Shown here: positions 1 to 12,382 of the stretch, one piece after another | Layout of the letters: the number at the start of each line of letters is the position of its first letter | Numbering within the stretch: position 1 is the stretch's first letter | From: Octopus sinensis | Lineage: Eukaryota | DNA: 64,000 nt | Reading direction: 5' to 3' | Assembly (NCBI RefSeq): GCF_006345805.1 | Contig: NC_043017.1 | Span: 15,004,001 to 15,068,000 of the forward strand | Notes under the pieces: model-generated | What the model saw: only the letters and a program-made list of their open reading frames with translations | What the model was told of the DNA's origin: nothing | Database searches by the model: none | Program-made: the position numbers and the translations under genes

Positions 1-267
1 CTCGATGGGTACTCATTATGGACCCTACTTTCCCTCCTAACAAAAAGATAAAGCGAAGAAAACGCTGCACTGAATACGGTTACCAATTTTGTAACACTCT
101 ACATATTTCAACTGCCGAGAGAGATTCATGCAGTGTTTATATGTTTATATATATATATACATATATATATATACATAAACAAACATACACTATACAGTAT
201 GGCGTCAGTAACATTCTTGTTTAACAACAATAAAATATAGGGTAACCCATCGAACTAATGTAAAATT

Positions 268-360
268 GTAACGTTGAAAGAGATAGGAGGCTAAACAATG
301 CAAAATGGACTGTAAGATGTCTATTTGCATTGTTTAGCCTCCTATCTCTTTCAACGTTAC
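268..360. repeat. perfect 37-bp inverted repeat (hairpin) with 19-nt spacer
   Basis: GTAACGTTGAAAGAGATAGGAGGCTAAACAATGCAAA at 268-304 is the exact reverse complement of 324-360. Confidence 0.9.
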
Positions 361-494
361 TCATCGGGTACAATGCTTGAAGCAAACTATAACATTTTAT
401 TAATGTCAAATTGTTTTTATTATAACTGAATAAGAAAAAAAAAACATTAATGCACGTACACACACACACACACACACACATGTATATATAAATC

Positions 495-652
495 ATTTAA
501 AACAATTCAATTCGGTTTCCGTGCTACTTCAAATTTCGCAGGGTCCTGACAGAACCGAATCATTCGACCATTCAAGAAACCTGAAGGAGATGGGCTCTGT
601 TAGGGGCCTTCAAAATTTGAAGGAACACGGAAACCGAATGAAACTGTTAAAT
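495..652. repeat. imperfect inverted repeat, ~60-bp arms (MITE-like or PLE fold-back)
   Basis: ATTCGGTTTCCGTGCTACTTCAAATTTCGCAGGGTCCTGACAGA (~510-553) pairs imperfectly with TCTGTTAGGGGCCTTCAAAATTTGAAGGAACACGGAAACCGAAT (~596-639). Confidence 0.75.
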
Positions 653-983
653 ATTATTTGTAACTGCTACTAAATGTGTTGAGTGCCTTTTCCTTTCGTT
701 TGTCCACTCCCTCGTGTGTGTGTGAGAGTAAATACAGAGTTGACCGTTGATATCATTTCCTTAAAGACTACACATGTATTTCGCGATTTAAATTACCTGG
801 GTCTCTAAGAGTTGAAGAATAAAGGCGGCATCTTTTGTGATGAGATGGCAACCAACCACGAAACAAATCACTAAAATCTCCTTTTACATCAGAGAAAAGA
901 AAGAATTGATTGACATCGTATTCACTCTCCACGTGGTAAAGAGTTGAAATAAATAATTGTAAATCATTCACATGTCATTATAT

Positions 984-1025
<42 letters not shown>

Positions 1026-1044
1026 CATGGTCGCAGCTCTGAGC

Positions 1045-1080
<36 letters not shown>

Positions 1081-1331
1081 CAGAATCGGACAAAAACGCA
1101 AAACTTTCAAGTAGACGATACAAAAAACGGACGGGTCATTCGAAGCCTCTAATCTTCAGTCAAGAACCGGATCATCCTCGCAATTTCGGCGAGGTAAAAC
1201 TAAGCTACGAGCATTAGATTTCTTGGAAAAGGATTGAATGTATACGAAACAAGAACAGAAAAAAGGGACGATGTTACACGAATATAGATAAAAAACAAAC
1301 AAAAAATAATACGAATATAAATACAAAAAAC

Positions 1332-1362
<31 letters not shown>

Positions 1363-1499
1363 GGACAAAAACAACAGGCGTCTTTTTACTTTAGACAGTT
1401 CAACTTAGCTGGCGTATTTCAAAAATAATGCCTTACGGCATGTTGTCGATGTTGTCGTGACGCTGGTCAGAAGCCGAAAGGCTATAGTTGACCGGCGGT

Positions 1500-1789
1500 C
1501 ACGTGAGAAGAGAAGAGAGAGAAAAAAGAGGCAAAGGAATTAAAGAGAGGGAGAAGAGAGAGAAAAAGAGGGACAAAGGTATTAAGGAGGGGGAGATGAG
1601 AGAGAAAGAAGGAATTAAGGAGGGGAGAGAAAGAGAGCGTGCCAAGGATTGGCGGGACAAAAGAAAGGCAAAGTAAGAAAGGCAGAGATATGTGAGAGAG
1701 TGGGGAAAGAGGAGACCAAAAAGAGGCGAGAAAAGAGAAAGAGAAAGACAGAGACAAGTGAAGTAGAAATTAAGAAAGACAGAGAAACT
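1500..1789 (+). repeat. purine-rich (GA/GAA) low-complexity tract
   Basis: Almost only G and A on the + strand; explains the E/K/R and S/L/F ORFs. Confidence 0.9.
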
Positions 1790-2040
1790 GTGTGTAGAAG
1801 TCGTACAGAGTTTAGTGGAATGCTTACATACATATAAGAGAACAAGGTGTACGTACGCCGCAATAATATATGATTGATTGATTCTAGTTTCAGCTCACGA
1901 GCTGTGGCCATGCTGGGGCACCGCCATATATGTATAAAAATGTATATAAAATACAATATATATATATATATATGCACCTACACCTTGTTCTCTTATATGT
2001 ATGTAAACATTCCACCAAACTCTGTACGACTTCTACACAC
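1790..2040. repeat. inverted repeat, ~62-bp arms
   Basis: GTGTGTAGAAGTCGTACAGAG...AGAACAAGGTGTA (1790-1851) versus TACACCTTGTTCTC...CGACTTCTACACAC (1979-2040); about 4 differences. Confidence 0.85.
1872..1925 (-). mobile_element. very short 5'-truncated LINE/SINE 3'-tail insertion
   Basis: Minus strand GGCGGTGCCCCAGCATGGCCACAGCTCGTGAGCTGAAACTAG + (AATC)n; same 3' motif as the LINE end at 2060-2125. Confidence 0.65.
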
Positions 2041-2059
2041 ATATATATTTATATATATA

Positions 2060-3938
2060 TAAATCCTTAAATCCTTAAAAATATTTCAGCCCGAAGGCTG
2101 CGGCCATGCTGGGGCACCACCGCTGAATGAGCTACACTAATATGCGAATCCACCTCTGATACGTGGTACTTGGTCAACAAGGGAGTTCGATGCCGCTGCC
2201 CGCATCTGTGTCTCCTGTTGTGAGGTAGGTTCATCTGGGACCCCTGACAAGAAGAGATCCAGTTTAGTTTTAAAGAAACCCACATCCACACCATGCAAGT
2301 CTCTCAGGCATTTAGTGAGCATGTTAAAGAGCTGTTGTCCTCTGAAACCCAAGCTGTTGCAGTATCTGGTCCTGTATTTTGATGGTGATGTTGGAATCTT
2401 TGGCACCATGCAGTGGCGCCCCGTTCTGCGGTTGGGGTAACTTTGAATGCCAAAGTTTGGGACAAGACCCTCCAGGATTTTCCAGATGTATATCACTGCA
2501 TATCTCTCCCGCCTTCGCTCTAGGGAGAAGAGTTTTAATGCTTTCAGTCTTCCCTAGTAGCTGATATGTTGCATTGAGACGATCTTCTTTGTGTAGCTTC
2601 TTTGAATTGCTTCGAGTTCTGCTGTTAGTTTTATATTGTGTGGTGACCATAGTTGGGAGCAGTAGTCCAAGTGGCTGAGGACGAAAGTTTTCCACAGGAC
2701 CATCAGTGTCTCTTTCTCTCTTGTTCTGAAAGTTCGGAGAATCCATCCAGCTAGCCGTCTGCATTTTATCACCAAATTAGTAATATGCACTTGGAAAGAT
2801 GCATCATTGCTCATGTCAATGCCCAGGTCACGCACTGATTTTGACTCAGAGATTGCAATTCTTCCCGGGCCAGTGTATCCAGTCTGCATGTCGTTTACCT
2901 TTGTGTGCCGGAAACGCAGGGCCTGGAACTTACCTGCATTAAACTGCATGTTGTTGTCCTCAGCCCACCTGTATATTGTATCCAACTCCTGTTGCAGAAG
3001 TGCAATATTTCCAGGGTTTTGTATTGTGTGGGAGACTTTTGTGTTATCTGCATAGCTAGCAAGGGTGGCCATCTTAGCAACTGAGGACATGTCTGAAAGG
3101 GCCACTATGAACAGCAGTGGTCCCAAGACAGGGCCCTGTGGAACACCACTTGTTATTTGTGTTTCCTTGGAGGTGGCTCCATTGGTCACAACTGCCTGCC
3201 TTCTATCTTTTAGGAAGTTGTGCAGCCACTCTCCAAGTTTTCCGCCTATGCCGAGACCACGCAGTTTGTGACAAATCATCCCGTGGTCGACTTTATCAAA
3301 GGCTTTTGCAAAGTCGAGATATATTACATCCACATTTGAGCCATTTAGCAGCTGTTTCAACACCCAGTCATAGTGTTGCAGGAGCTGTGTTAAGCAGCTT
3401 CTACCGGGTCGAAATCCATGCTGGGTGTCAGACAGCAAGTCATTGTCTTCAAAGAATATGATTAGTTTCTTGCGGACTATTCGTTCCATGACTTTGCTGA
3501 TGTGTGAGGTCAGAGAGGTAGGCCTATAATTTTTAGCATCTGCTCTGCTTCCTCCCTTATGGATAGGGCATATTACCCCCTCTTTCAATTTGACTGGGAG
3601 CTTACCACTTACAAGAAAGCTCTGAAAAAGAAGCTGTAGCGGTTTTGCAAGGGCTCGTTTGCACGATTTGAGAAGGATCGCTGGAAATCCATCAGGTCCA
3701 GCAGCTGAGTTTATGTCAATCACATCTATGGCGAGTATGATATCATCATCTTCAATGTTGATGTACTCAATTTTTGCCTCTTTGGCCGCAGGAAAAGTGG
3801 CAAAGAATTCTTCTGGGTTGTTTACTTGCCTGTGTCCTAGAGGTGTAGTGAACACACTTTGGAACTGTTCGTTCAGTATTTCACTTATCCTCCTGGGATT
3901 TCCTGTGAGGGAGCCATCTTTTTGGAAGAGAGGTCCTA
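2060..3938 (-). mobile_element. 5'-truncated CR1/Jockey-group non-LTR retrotransposon (LINE)
   Basis: RT ORF, frameshifted C-terminal ORF 2137-2496, short 3' UTR and (AAGGATTT)2 tail; bounded by (TA)n on both sides. Confidence 0.92.
2137..3938 (-). pseudogene. LINE ORF2 reverse transcriptase, inactivated
   Basis: Motifs AAGPDGFP, NYRPTSLTS, QHGFRPGRSCLTQL, YLDFAKAFDKVDH, SGVPQG.VLGPLLF and RDLGI. The catalytic YADD reads YADN, and there is a frameshift near 2500-2554. The frame continues upstream of the called ATG to ~3938. Confidence 0.9.
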
Positions 3939-3967
3939 TATATAATATATATATAATATATATATAT

Positions 3968-4179
3968 ATATTAGAAAAATTGAGGTAATCAGATCAGATG
4001 GTTCATATTTGTAGATATTTATTTATATATTACATTTTTTACATATATATCATATCATTCGGATTAGCGCTTGCTCCCATTCTAGTGGTTTTCAAATCAA
4101 ATCAGTTGTGGGTAGTTTGAACCTTTTATAGTTTCGTAGTAGTGGTTGAGGAGGAAGTGAGGCAGAGAGAAAAATATGT

Positions 4180-4215
<36 letters not shown>

Positions 4216-4298
4216 GTGTGGTGTGTGTGTGCATTTATATCTGAGAGTGAAGAAGTGTTATTTCACTCTCAGATATAAATGCACACACACACACACAC

Positions 4299-4338
<40 letters not shown>

Positions 4339-4552
4339 ACATATTTTCTCTCTGCCTCACTTCCTCCTCAACCACTACTACGAAACTATAAAAAGGTTCA
4401 AACTACAAACAAACTGATTTGATTTGAAAACCCACTAGAATGGGAGCAAGCGCTAATCCGAATGATATGATATATATGTAAAAAATGTAATATATAAATA
4501 AATATCTACAAATATGAACCATCTGATCTGATTACCTCAATTTTCTAATATA
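3968..4552. repeat. ~585-bp near-perfect palindrome
   Basis: Left arm TTAGAAAAATTGAGGTAATCAGATCAGATG...CTGAGAGTGAA mirrors right arm TTCACTCTCAG...ATTACCTCAATTTTCTAA; ~10-nt loop at 4252-4261; includes mirrored (GT)n/(AC)n. Confidence 0.95.
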
Positions 4553-4582
4553 TAATACCTGTACATCATCTCCAAACTTCCG

Positions 4583-4584
<2 letters not shown>

Positions 4585-4614
<30 letters not shown>

Positions 4615-4642
4615 ATAATACATCTATATCTATCTATCTATC

Positions 4643-4678
<36 letters not shown>

Positions 4679-4787
4679 TATATCTATATCTATCTATATA
4701 TATATACATCTATATCTATATCTATCTATATATATATATACATCTATATCTATATCTATCTATATATATACATCTATATCTATATCT

Positions 4788-4826
<39 letters not shown>

Positions 4827-4884
4827 TATATCTATATCTATCTATCTATCTATATATATATACAATCTATATCCTATATCTATC

Positions 4885-4917
<33 letters not shown>

Positions 4918-5122
4918 CATCTATATCTACATCTATCTATATATATATATATTATATATATATATATATACATCTATATCTATATCTATCTATATATATA
5001 CATCTATATCTATATCTATCTATATCTATATATATATATATATATATACATCTATATCTATATCTATCTATATCTATCTATATCTATATCTATCAATATC
5101 TATATCTATCTATCTATATATA
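4585..5122. repeat. compound (TA)n/(TATC)/(TATATC) microsatellite
   Basis: Direct reading. Confidence 0.95.
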
Positions 5123-5312
5123 TACTAAGCAATAAAGGGTTTAGCAACGAATTGCCTTACCACAGACCGAATTTAGAAATAGCAGTCAAAGAGTTATAGC
5201 TATTTCTTCTACTAAAAAGGGAGATCTCAGTAAAAACACAGCAATTGGAAGGCAGACACAAACAGGTAAGAGAGAATGAATTGACGGCAATCTATCATAC
5301 AATTTTAAGTTA

Positions 5313-5411
5313 TCTACGGACGCACGTTTCGAAATCAAGTTTTTAGGAAAGCATAAGAATTAAATATTAAATAATTCTACCTTACCCAAACTTTTTTCTC
5401 TTCAGCGTAGA
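5313..5411 (-). ncRNA. type I hammerhead ribozyme, copy 1
   Basis: Minus strand: UCUACG-CUGAAGA-G...long stem II...C-GAAA-C-GUGC-G-UC/CGUAGA. Stem I is UCUACG:CGUAGA; predicted cleavage after GUC, between 5319 and 5318. Confidence 0.85.
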
Positions 5412-5899
5412 ATACTATAATCATAAATATATATATTGAATTTTGAGATACTAGAAGGCACCAACTCAACTCAGTATCAGAGCGAGCTAGAATCCGCAAC
5501 TACTATCACCAAATTCAAGTGTGAATGAAAAGATTGTGTCACCAGCCCCTTCCCACCCGCGTGTAGCCAAAACAAGATGATGTGGTCATCTACTGAGATA
5601 AAATATGGTTATCCGTAATAATGAAGGGTGAAATTAATTAATTTGGAATAATATCAAAACAAAGTAGTCTTCAGCATGTAAAAGCCTCATTCGAGGAAAA
5701 TTTAAGTAATACTAAGCAATAAAGGGTTTAGCAACGAATTGCTTTACCACAGACCGAATTTAGAAATAGCAGTCAAAGAGTTATAGCTATTTCTTCTACT
5801 AAAAAGGGAGATCTCAGTAAAAACACAGCAATTGGAAGGCAGACACAAACAGGTAAGAGAGAATGAATTGACGGCAATCTATCATACAATTTTAAGTTA

Positions 5900-5999
5900 T
5901 CTACGGACGTACGTTTCGAAATCAAGTTTTTAGGAAAGCATAAGAATTAAATATTAAATAATTCTACCTTACCCAAACTTCTTTTCTCTTCAGCGTAGA
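5900..5999 (-). ncRNA. type I hammerhead ribozyme, copy 2 (palindromic stem III ACGUACGU)
   Basis: Same core; GAAA-C-GUAC-G-UC; predicted cleavage between 5906 and 5905. Confidence 0.87.
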
Positions 6000-6494
6000 A
6001 TACTATAATCATAAATGATTATATATTGAATTTTGAGATACTAGAAGGCACCAACTCAACTCAGTATCAGAGCGAGCTAGAATCCGCAACTAGTATCACT
6101 AAATTCAAAGTGTGAGTGAAAAGATTGTGTCACCAGCCCCTTCCCACTCGCGTGTAGCCAAAACAAGATGCTGTGGTCATCTACTGAGATAAAATATGGT
6201 TATCCGTAATAATGAAGGGTGAAATTAATTAATTTGGAATAATTATCAATTACACCAGTAGTCTTCGGCATGTAAAAGCCTCATTCGAGGAAAATTTAAG
6301 TAATACTAAGCAATAAAGGGTTTAGCAACGAATGCCTTACCACAGACCGAATTTAGAAATAGCAGTCAAAGAGTTATAGCTATTTCTTCTACTAAAAAGG
6401 GAGATCTCAGTAAAAACACAGCAATTGGAAGGCAGACACACAAACAGGTAAGAGAGAATGAATTGACGGCAATCTATCATACAATTTTAAGTTA

Positions 6495-6594
6495 TCTACG
6501 GACGCACGTTTCGAAATCAAGTTTTTAGGAAAGCATAAGAATTAAATATTAAATAATTCTACCTTACCCAAACTTCTTTTCTCTTCAGCGTAGA
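6495..6594 (-). ncRNA. type I hammerhead ribozyme, copy 3
   Basis: Same core as copy 1; predicted cleavage between 6501 and 6500. Confidence 0.85.
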
Positions 6595-7506
6595 ATACTA
6601 TAATCATAAATGATTATATATTGAATTTTGAGATACTAGAAGGCACCAACTCAACTCAGTATCAGAGCGAGCTAGAATCCGCAACTAGTATCACCAAATT
6701 CAAAGTGTGAGCGAAAAGATTTGTGTGTAATTTATCTTTACAGCTGTAGATGTGCATCTCTGTAGATCGTTTTTCAATACTTAATCACTAGACGTCGTGT
6801 GAAAGTGTGAAAAAATTCTCGTTATGTTGGACACTAGTAAACTAACTTCTCTGTAGTCTGGTCAGGTCTGAACGACTTGACGACATATCTGAGAAATAAA
6901 TGTGATATTTATGGATGTGTTAATTTATACTAGTTAAATATTTACCGACTACTTTTAATATGGCCGCCTGCAATATGAGACAGACGAGGTTTGCGTCACG
7001 TCCAAGCATTGGTTCTCTTTTTTACGTTTACTTTTTCAAAGTAAATATATGTAATGTCTTATGTCACATTAAAATTTTAACCACAAAGTTGATGTATGTA
7101 TGTGTGTGTATGTATATATGTGGATGTGGGTATATGTTAATGTGGGGAGTGGAGTGTACGCGTATCTCAACAATGGTGATGTGACAATAACTGTGTAAAA
7201 ACAGATTGCAGCTGTCGAAATATTTGTTATAAACAGCGGCAGACAACATTAAAAATATTATTATTAAATGCAAATCTTGAATTTTGTTTGTACGCTTCTA
7301 TGTAAAGTTTCGATAACCCTCATCGATATGTGAATACACACACGCACACTGCACGCGAGCACACACAAATACAAACTCCTGTGTATACACATATATTGGT
7401 TACGCAACTCCTGTTTCTCTAAAGTTTTCACAGCAAGCTGACTGCTCAGGCTGCTCAGAATTTCTCTCTCTTTCCTTCCTGACCACATGCAAACACACAC
7501 GCACAT

Positions 7507-7567
<61 letters not shown>

Positions 7568-7580
7568 GTATATATATATG

Positions 7581-7611
<31 letters not shown>

Positions 7612-7719
7612 GGGATTCAGTTGAATTAGGTACTTAAGTTAAAGCACCAAGTCAGTCCGGTATTATCTGCACAGCCCGAAGTATGGTGAATAAAATCAAA
7701 ATAAGCAACAGGATAGTGA

Positions 7720-7804
7720 TGCAGTACGACCGTTTCAAGTAGTCCACTTAATTTAACAATACAATCATTTGATCGATTTAAATGTAGTGCCGTCTTCAGC
7801 TGCA
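7720..7804 (-). ncRNA. hammerhead-like motif (GUA site, weak stem II closing pair)
   Basis: Minus strand UGCAG-CUGAAGA-...-GAAA-C-GGUC-G-UA/CUGCA; stem I is 5 bp; 10.1/11.1 is a C/U mismatch. Confidence 0.6.
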
Positions 7805-8345
7805 CAAATAAATAAATGGAATTTTAGCAAGGACATATTAATATAATTTTTCCCAAATATTTTAACAGACCAAGTAGATGGAGGAAATTCATGCTGTCGC
7901 TTTTGTAGCTAAGAATAGTGACTACACTTGTAAGAATGGCTTGGATCATAGGGAGGTTATAGGTTTGTAAGGGATTGTAATTCATTTCAAATTCATTTAT
8001 CTCTTTATCAACTACTAAATCTCAGACTAGATGACTGTCTGTTTTGAATAAAGGACAAGAATTAGTTGACAGCTCCTGGCTTGGTATGATCATAAATACT
8101 ATCATATGTATCCCTATTCCCCAGGAAGGAAAAGAGACTTTAGGAGTAGTCAGATGGATATACCTAACTGTCTATAAAAACAGGAATGGTAGGGGTAGAC
8201 ATTATATGGTGTTAACTTCCTGTTAAAGGGGTAAGACGCTAAGATGTTAATACAATATTGTTATGTTGTATAAAAATAAAATTTAAGTATTTCAAAAATG
8301 ATATTATAACCAAAATAAGTAAAAGGTGTGTATATATCAATTCAT

Positions 8346-8432
8346 ATGCACTGAAGATTGCACTGCATTTAAATTGATGTAATGGTTCCATTGTTCAAAT
8401 AAACGGAGTCGCTTGAAACGGTTGTACTGCAT
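8346..8432 (+). ncRNA. degenerate hammerhead-like motif, inverted homologue of 7720-7804
   Basis: AUGCA-CUGAAGA-...-GAAA-C-GGUU-G-UA/CUGCAU; roughly three-quarters identical to the reverse complement of 7717-7804. Confidence 0.5.
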
Positions 8433-9049
8433 CATATATATGTATATATAGCCTTGTCTAAAGAGACGTCATTTGCATCACGTGGCCATGTTGTCATGAA
8501 CACCAAAATTTATGCTGTTTGTTATACTGAATTATTACTTTGACACTTAACTACTTATTTATGTTAAAGTATGTCACTATGTGTGAGAGCGAGACAGAGA
8601 GGGATAGGAAGAGAGTGAGGGGGAGAAAGGGAGAGGAAGAGAGTAATTGAATATAAACTTTGTATAATTTATAACAACAAACACGTCTGATCTATTACAT
8701 ACCTTGTTCAGCGAGAAAGTCTGAAAATATAACTATGTTCAATTTGTTTGTGTTCCATGGAAACCACTCAATTTCGATAATTTTTTCCAGAATTTAATTA
8801 TATAATATATTTAGTTTCTATAATAATTAATTGCTACTGATAAAGTTTATGATTTAAAAGTCGAAACGTATCAAGATCTATCTATCTAGCAATCTGTTTG
8901 TGTGTCTATCCGGCTTCCGCATTGGCAGCTATCAGGCTTTCTAGCCATCTATTTCTTTATATTTTTCAGAGTGAGAAACTATATCTTTAGTTTTTTTCCC
9001 CCTTCTACCCTCTGTACCTGTCTTCACTCACTCTCTCTTCTCTGTGTGT

Positions 9050-9229
9050 GTGTATACACACACACAAGACCCACATATATATATATATATATATATATTA
9101 TTATATAAAGATATATATATATATATATATATGTGTGTGTTATCATATACATATATACATATCATACATATATATATTATATATATATATATATGTGTGT
9201 TGTGTATACATATACATATATACATATGT

Positions 9230-9285
<56 letters not shown>

Positions 9286-9319
9286 TGTGTGTATACATAT
9301 ACATATATACATATATATC

Positions 9320-9352
<33 letters not shown>

Positions 9353-9384
9353 GCGTGTGTATACATATACATATATACATATGT

Positions 9385-9422
<38 letters not shown>

Positions 9423-9531
9423 ATACATATACATATATACATATGTATACATATATATATATATATATGTGTGTATTACATATACATATATATACATATA
9501 TATATGTGTGTATACATATACATATATATAC

Positions 9532-9563
<32 letters not shown>

Positions 9564-9790
9564 GTGTGTATACATATACATATATATACATATATATACA
9601 TATATATATATATATGTGTGTATACATATACATATATATACATATATATACATATATATGTGTGTGTATACATATACATATATTACATATATATACATAT
9701 ATATGTGTGTGTATACATATACATATATATACATATTATATATATTATGTGTGTATACATATACATATATATACATATATACATATAATA

Positions 9791-9829
<39 letters not shown>

Positions 9830-10356
9830 CATATTATATACATATATATATACATATTATACAATATATATATATTAATATAGACATATATACTATATAT
9901 ATATATATATACATATATACATATATATATACATATATACATATATATATATACATATATACATATATATATATACATATATACATATATATATCATATA
10001 TACATTATATATATATATATATATATATTATGTCATATAATATATATAATATATATACATATATACATATATATATATATAATATATATATACATATACT
10101 AATATATAATAATATATATATGTACATATATACATATATATATATATATACATTATACATATATATATATATATATAACATATATACATATATATATATA
10201 AATACATATATACATATATATATATATATACATATATTCTATATATATATATATATACACCATATATACATATATATATATATATACATAATACATATAT
10301 CTATATATATATACATATATACATATATATATATATACTATAATACATATATTATA

Positions 10357-10395
<39 letters not shown>

Positions 10396-10396
10396 C

Positions 10397-10428
<32 letters not shown>

Positions 10429-11565
10429 ATACATCTATACATATATATATATATATATATACTATATATAATATACATATTATATATACATATATATATA
10501 GATATATATACACATATATATATTACATTATATATATATCTATATATATATATATACATATATACATATATATATATACATATATATATATATACATATA
10601 TATAACATACATATATATATATATTATATATATACATATATACATATATATATTACATATATACATATATATACGTATATATATACATATATATATACAT
10701 ATATATATACATATATATATATATACATAATATATATACATATTACATATATACATATACATATATATACATATATATATACATATATATATATATATAA
10801 CATATATATACCTATATTATATATATATATATATATATTACATATTCATATATATATACATATATATATACATATATATATATATACATATTCTATATAT
10901 AACATATATATATATATACATATATACATATATATATATACATATATACATACATATATACATATATATATACATATACATACATATATATATATCATAT
11001 ATACATATATATATACATATATACATATATATATACATATATACATATATATATACATATATACATATATATATATACTATATACATATATATATAATAT
11101 ATATATATACAATATATACCATAATATATACATAATATCACATATATACATATTATATATATACATATATATATATACATAATATATACATATATACATA
11201 TAATACATATAATATATATATACATATATACATATATATATACATACATATATATATATATACATATATATACATATATAACATTATATATATATACATA
11301 TATATATATACATATATATACATATATACATATTATATATACCATATATATTATACATATATATATATACATATATATTACATATATATACATATATACA
11401 TATATATACATATATATATATATATTATATATATATATATAATTATATATATACATATATATACATATATATATACATAATATATATACATATATATATA
11501 TACATATATATACATAGATATACATATATATAACATTATATACATATATATATATATATATATAC

Positions 11566-11607
<42 letters not shown>

Positions 11608-11618
11608 TATATATTATA

Positions 11619-11671
<53 letters not shown>

Positions 11672-11776
11672 CATATATTATATTATATTATATATACATA
11701 TTACATATATATATATAATATATATATATATAACACATATATATATTATATATATACTAATATATATATATATATA

Positions 11777-11821
<45 letters not shown>

Positions 11822-12155
11822 ACTATAATATATAATATATATACATATATATATATATATATAGATATATATATATATATATACATATATATATAATATA
11901 TATAGATATATACATATATATATATATATTATACATATATATATATATACATATATATATATATTACAATATATATATATACATATATATATATCATATA
12001 TATATATTATATATATATACATATATATATACATATATTATATATACTATATATATATTATATATATAATATATATCATATATATATATATACTATATAC
12101 ATATATATATATAATATACATATATATATATACATATATATATACATATATATAC

Positions 12156-12186
<31 letters not shown>

Positions 12187-12222
12187 CATATATATATAAT
12201 ATATATATACATATATATATAA
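9050..12222. repeat. ~3.2-kb (TA)n/(TATAC)n microsatellite with higher-order sub-units
   Basis: Direct reading; source of all YIYI ORFs at 9-12 kb. Confidence 0.97.
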
Positions 12223-12382
12223 TATCACCATCGTCTTCTATCACCAAAATACCAACAGAAAACCAAAGAAACCACTGCCCTCTCCCCCACATCACCACCT
12301 CAATACTACTGCAGTAACAAAACTTAAAGAAACATAGGAAGCAGAATGCGCCCCCCACGGCTCAAACAAGATCCCCCCAATA

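Larger units (their letters stand above)
5123..6725 (-). mobile_element. tandem array of ~2.7 units of ~590 bp, each with a hammerhead ribozyme (Penelope pseudo-LTR / retrozyme-like)
   Basis: TACTAAGCAATAAAGGG recurs at 5123, 5710 and 6304 (periods 587 and 594); units nearly identical; no ORF called in the array. Confidence 0.85.

Noticed and set aside
1125-1170. HHR-like CTGAAGA...CGAAT...GTC on the minus strand
   Set aside because: GAAA is replaced by GAAT, and I could not form stem I or a closed stem II; at most a relic.
1464-1499. GC-rich hairpin with a GAAA tetraloop (AGCC-GAAA-GGCT)
   Set aside because: Isolated, with no ribozyme or known RNA core recognised.
2554-3855. Functional reverse transcriptase gene (433-aa ORF)
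   Set aside because: Catalytic YADD is YADN, the element is 5'-truncated without APE, and the C-terminus is frameshifted.
5123-6725. CRISPR array or satellite-only interpretation
   Set aside because: The units are ~590 bp with no repeat-spacer alternation and no cas genes; the context is eukaryotic.
7820-8340. Penelope GIY-YIG coding remnant between the inverted HHRs
   Set aside because: Manual translation of part of the spacer gave no GIY/YIG or other recognisable motif.
9028-12034. Long ORFs up to 438 aa (YIYIYT...)
   Set aside because: Translations of TA/TATAC microsatellite, which lacks stop codons in some frames. The same applies to the CVCV, THTH, LSIY and RERE ORFs throughout the window.
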